A stretch of DNA of 64,000 nucleotides from Candidatus Poribacteria bacterium (GTDB lineage Bacteria; Poribacteria; WGA-4E; WGA-3G), in contig CBDANF010000003.1 of the NCBI GenBank assembly GCA_965197475.1, positions 1,056,001 through 1,120,000 on the forward strand, in the 5' to 3' direction. Of this stretch, positions 29,616 through 38,230 are shown in pieces. Numbering within the stretch: position 1 is the first letter of the stretch; each line of letters opens with the position of its first letter. Made by a program: the position numbers and the translations under genes. The notes under the pieces are model-generated. The model was not told the origin of the DNA, made no database searches, and saw only the letters and a program-made list of their open reading frames with translations.

Positions 29616-29712
29616 TTCACGCGCTCAGATTTTTATATCCGTTGGAAAAATGTAAATAAATTCATCATTCGGATTAAAGCTTTATTGGCTTTGCCTCTAT
29701 AGGAGAACATTA

Positions 29713-30759
29713 ATGAAGTTCATCACATCATATTTACCTATTTTTTGTCTCATCTTTGCCTTGAGTTTCGGAGTCGGATGCGACAATACATCAAAGAAAG
29801 ACTCTACTAATAATGAGAAAAGCGATACATCTGCCAAAACAGAGGATGAAAATGCGCGACAACGCCGCTTTATTAGTATCGGAACAGCTCGTACAGGTGG
29901 TGCTTTTGTTCCGGTTGGTAATGCAATTGCTGATGTTGTTGGGCGTAACATTACAGAAAAAGATTGGGAAGTCACCGCCACAGGCACACAAGGCACACAG
30001 CAAAACATCCGCTTACTTGTTAGTGAAGACAGCACATTGGAATTTGCTCTCGCCAATGCGGCAATTTCATATTTTGCGGTTCGCGGGGAAGGCGCGTGGA
30101 AAACCGAACATCCAATCCGCGCCGTTATGACACTTGCACCAAATGTTGCACTATTCGTCACGCCAAAATCCTCCGGTATCCGTTCAATTGCAGATTTAAA
30201 AGGAAAACGTGTCGTTGTCGGTCCTGCGGGAGCCGGTTTTGAGTATTTTCTGAAACCCATTTTAGCAGCGCACGGTGTCACGTATGATGACTTTACGCCT
30301 CTGAACGATATATACAGTGCTGCAGTGAATCTGTTAGCAGATGGTGCAGCTGCCGCGGCGTTTATCGGAGGCGCAATTCCAACCCCAGCGGTTACGCAAG
30401 CCTCCGCGACCCAAGACATTTATTTCATTCCGTTTGATGAAACCGCCAAAAAGTCTCTGGTTGAAAAGTACCCTTTCTTTAATCCTATAACTATACCCGC
30501 TGCTGCCTATAATAAAGTACTGACTGAGCCGTTTGATACCATGAATGTCGGTTCAATGCATATCATCACTGCCGAGAGCGCAGATGAAGACATGGTCTAT
30601 CATTTTACGAAGACCTTGTATACGCATCGTGCTGAAGTCGTCAAAGCACATAAAGCTGGCAAAGCGATTAATGAGAAGAATGTTGTCAGAGATGTGGGAA
30701 CGCCTTTTCATCCCGGTGCAATCCGTTTCTATCGTGAAATCAACATTTGGTCCGAATAG
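29713..30759 (+). CDS. TAXI-family TRAP solute-binding lipoprotein
   Basis: GVGC lipobox, ISIGTARTGG, SIADLKGKRV.VGPAGAG, PFHPGAIRFY. Confidence 0.9.
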   Translation: MKFITSYLPIFCLIFALSFGVGCDNTSKKDSTNNEKSDTSAKTEDENARQRRFISIGTARTGGAFVPVGNAIADVVGRNITEKDWEVTATGTQGTQQNIRLLVSEDSTLEFALANAAISYFAVRGEGAWKTEHPIRAVMTLAPNVALFVTPKSSGIRSIADLKGKRVVVGPAGAGFEYFLKPILAAHGVTYDDFTPLNDIYSAAVNLLADGAAAAAFIGGAIPTPAVTQASATQDIYFIPFDETAKKSLVEKYPFFNPITIPAAAYNKVLTEPFDTMNVGSMHIITAESADEDMVYHFTKTLYTHRAEVVKAHKAGKAINEKNVVRDVGTPFHPGAIRFYREINIWSE

Positions 30760-30809
30760 AAATTTCCGTGTGTGAAAATTTGTCAAAAGGTTGTTCACAT
30801 CTTCTTATT

Positions 30810-30902
30810 GTAGGGGCGGCGGGTCCCTGTGCCCGCCCGTTGTTTCCGCACGCGAGACATGGTGTGGGATTGCACTTGAAAACCGAAAACTGAATGCCTC
30901 TG
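30810..30902 (+). repeat. GTAG-REP plus ISAs1-MITE-like end (one-ended)
   Basis: GTAGGGGCGGCGGG..CCCGCCC then GGGATTGCA..AAAACCGAAAACTGAATGCCTCTG; homolog at 52888-52976 (minus). Confidence 0.6.
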
Positions 30903-30910
30903 AAAAATAT

Positions 30911-30939
30911 TTGACAGCCGTTTTATTTAATGGTATTAT
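30911..30939 (+). promoter_or_regulatory. tRNA operon promoter
   Basis: TTGACA-17bp-TATTAT with TG extension, 10 bp before tRNA-Phe. Confidence 0.7.
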
Positions 30940-30949
30940 AATTTACCGA

Positions 30950-31022
30950 GCCGAGATAGCTCAGTCGGTAGAGCAGTAGACTGAAAATCTATGTGTCGGC
31001 AGTTCGATTCTGCCTCTCGGCA
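30950..31022 (+). tRNA. tRNA-Phe(GAA)
   Basis: GCCGAGA/TCTCGGC acceptor stem, TAGCTCAG D-arm, CTGAAAA anticodon loop, GTTCGATTC T-loop; CCA not encoded. Confidence 0.95.
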
Positions 31023-31046
31023 TTCCCATCTGCAACAATTTGCTAA

Positions 31047-31118
31047 GCCGGTGTAGCTCAGTGGAAGAGCAACTGATTCGTAATCAGTAGGTCGGAGGTT
31101 CAAATCCTCTCATCGGCT
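31047..31118 (+). tRNA. tRNA-Thr(CGT)
   Basis: GCCGGTG/CATCGGC acceptor stem, TTCGTAA anticodon loop, GGTTCAAATCC. Confidence 0.93.
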
Positions 31119-31299
31119 TCTCTCTTTTCCAGCACGATTCGTTTCAACTCTTCAAATTAATTCTAATCGCGCCATGTATACAACATACCTTATCCTTTTA
31201 TGAAATCCCAAAATATATGAACATCTTTTGTAGGCATGCTTTGAAACCGCGCTACCGCAGCGTATAAGTAATTACGGTTTTCTATTAGGAGGAAATTCA

Positions 31300-31746
31300 A
31301 TGATTAGTATAACAGCCTTAAGACCTGCTTTAAATGCGATCATCCCGCATTTACCTAAAGCAGCAGGTATAACGTTAACCCGTACCTTACCGTTTTTACC
31401 TTTAGCGTTGGAAATTGCTAAAGTGTTATATCAGCATCGTGAAAAAATAGGGAAGATCGTGAGTCATCTTGCTTTGCATACTTCAAAAGGCATCAAAAAG
31501 GGAACAGCAGAAGTAGTAAAAACAGTACCATATCTGCCAAAAAAGGTAGGGCGGAAACTACAACGTTATCTGCAATATTTGCCTTTAGCACTTGAGATTG
31601 CTAAGGAATCATACAAAAAGAATAATAAAAAGGTTTGTTCGATTACAAAACAGTTCCCGAATGAAGTTAAACAGAAAATTAATAGGACATTGAAAAGAGA
31701 TCAATGTCCATGTTGCTTAAATCTTTTTAGCAGATTCCAGCGTTAG
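31300..31746 (+). CDS. Hypothetical basic protein with an internal repeat
   Basis: AGGAGG RBS; two copies of P.LPK..G..L.R.L..LPLALEIAK. Confidence 0.6.
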   Translation: MISITALRPALNAIIPHLPKAAGITLTRTLPFLPLALEIAKVLYQHREKIGKIVSHLALHTSKGIKKGTAEVVKTVPYLPKKVGRKLQRYLQYLPLALEIAKESYKKNNKKVCSITKQFPNEVKQKINRTLKRDQCPCCLNLFSRFQR

Positions 31747-31768
31747 CGATATCGATCTATTGGTGAGG

Positions 31769-31890
31769 CAGAGCCATTCAATTCTCCAGTAGTTGCAACC
31801 TTCTGCTCAAGGTCCCTCCTCTGTAGGAGTGACCTCCCGTCGCGACTTTACGATTAAAACGCACAAAAAACCGAAAACTGAATGGCTCTG
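31769..31890. mobile_element. 122-bp ISAs1-type MITE carrying a REP
   Basis: TIR CAGAGCCATTCA / TGAATGGCTCTG; perfect 10-bp TSD ATTGGTGAGG (31759-31768, 31891-31900); REP at 31823-31847. Confidence 0.85.
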
Positions 31891-31978
31891 ATTGGTGAGG
31901 TAATCTGTGATGCAACTTTTTTGCTGCGGCACTTGTATAATCTCTGTCACCGCCATCAAAGTGTCAGGGAACTTCCCA

Positions 31979-33064
31979 TCATTCCAATTCTTCGTTTTCT
32001 GCTGCGATTTCCTCTTCAAGTGATGTGATAATCGCAAAAAAAGTTGTATGCGGTTCAAGTTCATAGACCTTCTGGTACATCTCAAGTGCTTTCTGTTTAT
32101 CATCAAGAAAACTCTCATAAATTTCAGCCATATTTTGCCATGCATCAACTTCTGTCGGGTCAAGTTCCACAATGCGTTTATAGACTTCTAGGGCATCTGC
32201 GTATGGCCGTGTTGTGGCTTCGCGCTTCAGTGCGTGAGCACGTATATAGAGTAAACCGATCAGATCGTTGACAATCTCTTGCATCCCCGGTTGTTTCTGG
32301 TGTGCTTCTTCTAAAAGGAGAATTGACTGCGCCTCAAGCCGAGTGATCTCTGCCATATCTTCGCTGGTAAGTTCCCGATCAAGGAATCGGTAACCTTGAA
32401 GCGTCTTATTGTAGGTACGTGACAATTGAAGGCGTGCAAGCATACCGATAGGGGCATTTTCAGAGGGAACGTCTATGAAATCAGGATCGCTTTCAATCGC
32501 TTTTCTGTAGTGTGTTGATGCCGCTTTATACTGTCGGCTCCCTTGATACAGAACGCCAAGAAGATAGTATGCCTCGGCATGATCAGGACTTTTTTCTAAT
32601 ACCTTCAAAAATTGTTTTGTTGCGTCTTCTGGTAAACCTTCATCGCGAAAGAATTTACCGCTTAAAAGAAGAACATTTTCATCATCGGGCTGGATATTTG
32701 CAGCATGTTGAAGACGCGATTTTGCATCTTTTAACCAACCACTCTGGGAGTAGATTTCAGCAATACGTAGGTTCGTATGCAAACGGTTTGCTTCATTTCC
32801 TTCTGTTTTTTCGGTTTCTAATGCGTGGAGTGCTTGCCAATAGAGATACACAGCACTCCCCAAGTTCTGATCGTCAAAGCGCACATCTGCTTCAGCAATG
32901 AGAGCTTCAGCTTCAGACAATGGCGATTCAGGTTGGGCACTGCCCCGCTGCATGTAGAAGGCTGCAAGCACCACGAACCCAATAATCGCTGTGATTTCAG
33001 TATACAAAAGCCAGCGATCATAAGAAAAAAATGATTTGTTTTCAATCTGATTGGTAGATTCCAT
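31979..33064 (-). CDS. Membrane-anchored TPR protein
   Basis: N-terminal TM helix; AEAYYLLGVLY, DAWQNMAEIY TPRs. Confidence 0.8.
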   Translation of the reverse strand: MESTNQIENKSFFSYDRWLLYTEITAIIGFVVLAAFYMQRGSAQPESPLSEAEALIAEADVRFDDQNLGSAVYLYWQALHALETEKTEGNEANRLHTNLRIAEIYSQSGWLKDAKSRLQHAANIQPDDENVLLLSGKFFRDEGLPEDATKQFLKVLEKSPDHAEAYYLLGVLYQGSRQYKAASTHYRKAIESDPDFIDVPSENAPIGMLARLQLSRTYNKTLQGYRFLDRELTSEDMAEITRLEAQSILLLEEAHQKQPGMQEIVNDLIGLLYIRAHALKREATTRPYADALEVYKRIVELDPTEVDAWQNMAEIYESFLDDKQKALEMYQKVYELEPHTTFFAIITSLEEEIAAENEELE

Positions 33065-33073
33065 GTGAGTCTC

Positions 33074-34930
33074 CTACAAAGTGCCATCCTTAGAAGTTTT
33101 TGCTGCAGTCTCCACATCTTCAATGATTTCGAGCATCTTCTCAGCGTCAACAAACTTTTCAATTCGTTTGAAAATATTTTCTTGACCATCCATAAAAATA
33201 ACGACAGGTAATCCTCGAATTTGATATTTCTCTTTCAATATCTTATCAGATTCTAAACTAAAATCGAGTTTGACAGTGATATAATCTTTTAATTTATCAA
33301 CAACAGCTTGTTCTGAAAAAGTCTTATGATCCAGTTCATTGCAGGCACCGCACCAAGTGGCGTAAAAATCAAGCATCACCAATTTGTTTTCCTGTTTAGC
33401 CGCTTCTAATGCCGCGGGTTCATCGTAAACCCAGTTTGGATGAGGTCCGGCAACAGGTTGCTGGAGTCCACCTACAATCATAAAAGCACCGACTATAGCC
33501 AAACAGAGACCGAATGCTTTACGGACTTTCATCCCTGAAGAGATACCGCTAAAACGTTGTGTTAACTTGCCGAGGAACAGTCCAATAAGAATTAAACCAC
33601 CCCCAATGGCGAAAAATGGAAGGGAGTTCTGTAGGAAATTCTTCAATGGGGCAAAGATTTCAACATCTTTGAGGAAGTAGAGTGCCATTGTGATAATGGC
33701 AATGCCGAAGATGTTTTCTAAAATATACATCCATCCGCCTGAACGGGGTAGTTTTGAGAGTAAACCAGAAAACGTTCCTATGCCGATGAACAATAAACCC
33801 ATACCGAGGGCATAGGTTGACATGAGCCAGAATCCAAGGAACAGATTCTGAGATTTCGCTATAAATGTCAGAACAGCAGCTAATGCGGGACCTGTGCATG
33901 GTGCAGCGATAACACCGGCAACAGTTCCCATCGCAAATGCACCCAAAAATCCGGCACCACCGACAGTGTTAAGCCTGTTTTGCACTGAGGAAGGTATCTG
34001 TATTTCAAAAACTCCAAACATTGACAATCCGAGTGAAACAAGTATCAGACTGATGACACCGACAACCCACGGGTTCACCAATATCTGTCCGAATACGGCT
34101 CCAGTAGATGCTACAGCAACACCAAGGATTGAATAGGTAACGATAATTCCGACTACGTAAACAACAGAAAGTAGAAAAGATTTGAAAACACCGGTAGACT
34201 CATTCGCACCGAAGATTGAAACCGTAATTGGTATTAGTGGGTACACACATGGTGTCAAACTCGTTGCGATTCCACCTACAAACACGAGTAGAAATGCCAG
34301 CCATAACTTCCCACCTAATAGCGCGCCTGCAATACCTCCTTCGCGTTCACCGAATTCTATATTGGCAAAAATAGCCTCATTCATCTGTTCCACTGTGTCA
34401 TCTGCGCTAGCGACTTCAATTGGTATTTTTATAACGTGTGTTGTAGGTATAAGACACTGCTCGTCGTTACACGCTTGATATTCAATTTCCAGATTCAAAG
34501 AGATAAGCTCAATAGGGGCGGTTTGAAGCAAAGTCGCTGGAACTCCGATTGTGATAGTATCGTGGTAGACAGAAGCAATGCCTATTGATTCGATATTAAG
34601 CGTGTCACCTGACGGATATACGACTTCTCCGAAGGTTAGATTCGGCGTGTCGGAAGGTGTTACCTTTGTAGGGATAAGTCCTTTACGAGTAGGATTAGCG
34701 TTAACATGCCACCCTTCTGCTATCTTTACGACAACCGCAATTTGGAATTCTTTCCCGGGCTGTACCTTGTCTAAAGAGATATATCCTTCAGCAGTTATTT
34801 TTTCAACAAGTTGATTGTCGGTAAAGTCAAAATCAGGCAACTGTGCTTGTGCACAAATTGGCAGTATTGTCGTGATAAGTGATAATAGAACTAATAGTGA
34901 AAATCGTTGGAACATGGTGTTTTTAAGCAT
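33074..34930 (-). CDS. dsbD: Thiol:disulfide interchange protein DsbD
   Basis: YQACNDEQC, LTPCVYP, APCTGP, FYATWCGAC. Confidence 0.9.
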   Translation of the reverse strand: MLKNTMFQRFSLLVLLSLITTILPICAQAQLPDFDFTDNQLVEKITAEGYISLDKVQPGKEFQIAVVVKIAEGWHVNANPTRKGLIPTKVTPSDTPNLTFGEVVYPSGDTLNIESIGIASVYHDTITIGVPATLLQTAPIELISLNLEIEYQACNDEQCLIPTTHVIKIPIEVASADDTVEQMNEAIFANIEFGEREGGIAGALLGGKLWLAFLLVFVGGIATSLTPCVYPLIPITVSIFGANESTGVFKSFLLSVVYVVGIIVTYSILGVAVASTGAVFGQILVNPWVVGVISLILVSLGLSMFGVFEIQIPSSVQNRLNTVGGAGFLGAFAMGTVAGVIAAPCTGPALAAVLTFIAKSQNLFLGFWLMSTYALGMGLLFIGIGTFSGLLSKLPRSGGWMYILENIFGIAIITMALYFLKDVEIFAPLKNFLQNSLPFFAIGGGLILIGLFLGKLTQRFSGISSGMKVRKAFGLCLAIVGAFMIVGGLQQPVAGPHPNWVYDEPAALEAAKQENKLVMLDFYATWCGACNELDHKTFSEQAVVDKLKDYITVKLDFSLESDKILKEKYQIRGLPVVIFMDGQENIFKRIEKFVDAEKMLEIIEDVETAAKTSKDGTL

Positions 34931-35022
34931 ACGTTGCTCCCTTTAAGAGAGATTTTGATTAGGCTGGTTTTTCAGAATTATTTTACCAATATTTGTGCAT
35001 TTGTGCAAGTTACCTGAGCATT

Positions 35023-35149
35023 GGGTATGTAAAGTTTTGACATTAAGCACGTAAAGTATTGTAGGTTTGGGTAGAGCGAAGCGAAACCCAACAAAAATCC
35101 GAGAAATCCGCATAATCCAAGATTCAGATGTCAAAAACTTCACACACCT
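35023..35149. mobile_element. MITE carrying a REP and AATCC repeats
   Basis: Imperfect TIR GGGTATGTAAAGTTTTGACA / TGTCAAAAACTTCACACACC, related to the ends of 44088-44320; REP at 35061. Confidence 0.6.
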
Positions 35150-36768
35150 TACCGCGGTTCAAGCACAACACATGGCAGGATCATCTCTTCAAATGAAATT
35201 CCGCCGTGTTGGAAACTGCCCTGAAACATCTCTCTATAGACATTAAACTGGTTCTCGTATATAAAATAGTAATCCTCTTTAGCAAGGGTGTAGTTCTTTT
35301 CTGCTGTGCTGTATGGTAATCGGTATGCTTCTGGATTATTTATGAGCAAACCTGCTTCAGGGGCACATGAGATGTCTCTGCCCTCTTTTGTTCGGAGTCC
35401 GCTTGAGAGTTCGTGCGGGCTCGAAATTTTCGCTGCGTTTTGACAGAGTACTGAACCGTGATCCGATGTTATTATTATAGTTATACCACGTTCGGCTGCA
35501 AGACTAATTATCTTATAGAGTCGTGAATTTTGAAACCACATTTGGACAAGCGTGCGAAACGCTTCTTCATCTGGAATGAGTTGCTGAAATAGGGGCACCT
35601 CGCTTCGTTGGTGCGTCAACATGTCAAGAAAATCAACAACTACTGCTGCAAAACTAATCCGGTTTGCGTCAGTTAACCATTGTAGATATTGAATCTCACC
35701 CCGCTCATCAAAAATTTTGAAGTAATGGGGTGATGGTTTTAGCGCGATGCCATGCCGCTCAAGTTGTAAACGCATGAGTTCCTTCTCGTGGCGGTTGATA
35801 CTCGTGTGTTCCTCATCCGGTTCAGCGTATAGATCAGGGTATCGTTCAGCCAAATCCCTCGGAAACAGACCGCTAAAAATAGCATTCCGAGCATAACGGG
35901 TTGTCGTTGGCAGAATAGAATAGTAATAGTGCTTTGTCATGTGGAAATCACGGTAGAGCAGCGGTTCAATTTTAAACCAATGATCCAATCGCATACAATC
36001 CATTACCACAAATAGCACGGATTTTCCCACTTGTATCTCTGGAATGACATATTTATAAAAAACATCCACAGATAAAGTCGGCGAGTCTCCACCCTCAAGC
36101 CATAGACTATAGGTGTTTTGAATGTAGTCAGCAAAAGCTGAATTGGCTTCACGTTTTTCACGGGCATGGATAGTTTTAAGCTCGTCCACGTTAGAAAGAC
36201 CATCAAATTTGATATCCCATTCTATGAAATGGATATAAGTATCTATCCATGCTTGCCAATCGTTATCATGATAAGCATCTATCGGTGTATGTGCCTGACT
36301 GTGTTCCAACGCGTATTGCTTATTAAAGTTCTTAACGTACGCTTGTGGCGTATATGCCTCTCGCATCATCTGCTTTTCAAGTAAAAATGCAAGTGATGAA
36401 ACCAACTGTCTGGGATTTGTAGGCATTATCAAGACATCACCGACACCATGAAGACTCGCTTGCGTCATAATCTCTTGTCCACTTGCCTTTGTGAGCAAAA
36501 TCATTGGAATGTGTGCATCCTCTTTACGGATACGTGCAAGCAGGTCGCCATTTCGCGTTGGTGCTTCATAATTTAATAATATAGCGTGGAAAGTCTCATC
36601 TCTGAGTAAAACGATACCCTCTACACCGCTATCTGCTAATGAGACATCATACCCGTGATACTCTAAAAATTGAACATAAGGCTTCAACTCAGACTTCAAA
36701 TATGGGCTTGCAAGCGGTGCTTCTAATGCACTATCAATCCACAGAATTCTCTGTCTTGTTTTTTTCAT
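35149..36768 (-). CDS. PorX-like receiver + PglZ (alkaline phosphatase superfamily) protein
   Basis: ILWID receiver start; DCMRLD, SILPTTTRYARNAIFSG, DMLTH, TSDHG, FQHGGIS. Confidence 0.85.
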   Translation of the reverse strand: MKKTRQRILWIDSALEAPLASPYLKSELKPYVQFLEYHGYDVSLADSGVEGIVLLRDETFHAILLNYEAPTRNGDLLARIRKEDAHIPMILLTKASGQEIMTQASLHGVGDVLIMPTNPRQLVSSLAFLLEKQMMREAYTPQAYVKNFNKQYALEHSQAHTPIDAYHDNDWQAWIDTYIHFIEWDIKFDGLSNVDELKTIHAREKREANSAFADYIQNTYSLWLEGGDSPTLSVDVFYKYVIPEIQVGKSVLFVVMDCMRLDHWFKIEPLLYRDFHMTKHYYYSILPTTTRYARNAIFSGLFPRDLAERYPDLYAEPDEEHTSINRHEKELMRLQLERHGIALKPSPHYFKIFDERGEIQYLQWLTDANRISFAAVVVDFLDMLTHQRSEVPLFQQLIPDEEAFRTLVQMWFQNSRLYKIISLAAERGITIIITSDHGSVLCQNAAKISSPHELSSGLRTKEGRDISCAPEAGLLINNPEAYRLPYSTAEKNYTLAKEDYYFIYENQFNVYREMFQGSFQHGGISFEEMILPCVVLEPR

Positions 36769-36893
36769 GTCTCATCCCCCTTTTCCTACAATGCTTTGCT
36801 TGCTTGATGTTAGGGTCAACAATTGGGAACGTCCCGCCAAAGATGTGGACATGGTTATGGTTCTCTAAGCCCAATATTATAAAGCTAAGCAGA

Positions 36894-38222
36894 CTAAATT
36901 TTGGAAACAAAACGTCCAGGATTAAATACACCGCTACCGTCGAATTTCGTCTTGACCTGTTTCATTAAGTTGAACGTGCTACCTATCGGACCCCAAACAT
37001 CAACCTGCTGTTTTAGATCAAGCGGCGCAGCCTCTATAATAAGGTTGCCCTGAGCATCTATAGCACGTTGACGCAGTTGAGTCAGCGTATTTGCAAGTTG
37101 TTGGAAATCGGTTTCAGAATCTATAGGTATTTTGAGATAAAGCACACCATTTCCTAATAGTACCATCATGTCATCCGTAACTTTTAGTGCTGTCTCAGCA
37201 AATTCGGCGATATCCGTACGTTTGAGATTAACCTTTACAATAACCGTATCGGATGCCTGATCAATCGCAGGAAATTCCTGAATAGCATGACTAATACTGT
37301 CTCGCGATTCCTCTTCAATTATTTTCACACCAATTGCGCTATTTTGTTCCAAAAGGGTTTGAACTGCGTTGAGCTGCCACGTGACAGTTTCAGAATCTCC
37401 ACCAAACCCAACTACCAGTGTCGGTTTCTTCTCTTGAAATTGACGGATAGGAAAATTTACGAACAGATTCACGAATGTTGGCAATGTCTGAGATCGCACA
37501 ACACATAAACCTGTGTTGACTGCATCTTGAATGTTCTGAAACTGCGCAGCGAGTAATGCCTGCCGCGCAGGTAGCGGTGACAATTTGAGCGTCACCTCAG
37601 TAATAATGCCGAGTGTTCCAAAAGCACCGATATACAGTTTGTTAAGATCGTATCCGGCAACATTTTTAACAACCTTTCCGCCGCTTTTGACAACTGTGCC
37701 ACTAGCATGCACAACGTGCATCCCTAAAACCAAATTTCGCGCTGTTCCATACCGAAGACGTAGCGGGCCACTGGCATTTGTAGCAACAATTCCACCGATA
37801 GTACACCGATCAGCATAAGACGGATCCAACGCAAGAAACTGTCGATGCTGTGCCAATTCGTTTTGGAGGTCAGTTAAACGAATGCCAGCTTGTACAGTCA
37901 CGGTCAAATCAGCGGGTTCATATTCCACCACATTGTTTAGCCGAGTTGTTGACAGCACGATATCCGTTTTTAGAGCTAAGTTGCCGATGCCGAGTTTTGT
38001 TCCTGCGCCAGCAGGCATTACGGACAAATTCTGCTCTGATGCACAGCGAAGAACATTTTGCATCTCTTGGACAGATGCAGGCATTACCACGATTTTCGGA
38101 ACGGTCCCGTCAAAAGTATACGCAGAAACCTGCTCCTTTTGCAAGATGCCAGACTCCCCAACAATGTGTCTAAGTTCATCATGCAATGAATCTGAAGTTT
38201 CCATATACTTCTTTCCTTTCAA
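36894..38222 (-). CDS. FAD-binding oxidoreductase (GlcE/GlcD-like)
   Basis: EYEPADLTVTVQAG, TIGGIVATN, GGKVVKNVAGYDL, FNPGRF. Confidence 0.88.
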   Translation of the reverse strand: MKGKKYMETSDSLHDELRHIVGESGILQKEQVSAYTFDGTVPKIVVMPASVQEMQNVLRCASEQNLSVMPAGAGTKLGIGNLALKTDIVLSTTRLNNVVEYEPADLTVTVQAGIRLTDLQNELAQHRQFLALDPSYADRCTIGGIVATNASGPLRLRYGTARNLVLGMHVVHASGTVVKSGGKVVKNVAGYDLNKLYIGAFGTLGIITEVTLKLSPLPARQALLAAQFQNIQDAVNTGLCVVRSQTLPTFVNLFVNFPIRQFQEKKPTLVVGFGGDSETVTWQLNAVQTLLEQNSAIGVKIIEEESRDSISHAIQEFPAIDQASDTVIVKVNLKRTDIAEFAETALKVTDDMMVLLGNGVLYLKIPIDSETDFQQLANTLTQLRQRAIDAQGNLIIEAAPLDLKQQVDVWGPIGSTFNLMKQVKTKFDGSGVFNPGRFVSKI

Positions 38223-38230
38223 CGGATAAG

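Noticed and set aside
29697-30419. 240-aa minus-strand ORF
   Set aside because: Antisense shadow of the TAXI gene; no recognisable motifs
30950-31900. Prophage or integrative element at the tRNAs
   Set aside because: No integrase and no duplicated tRNA 3' end found in the window
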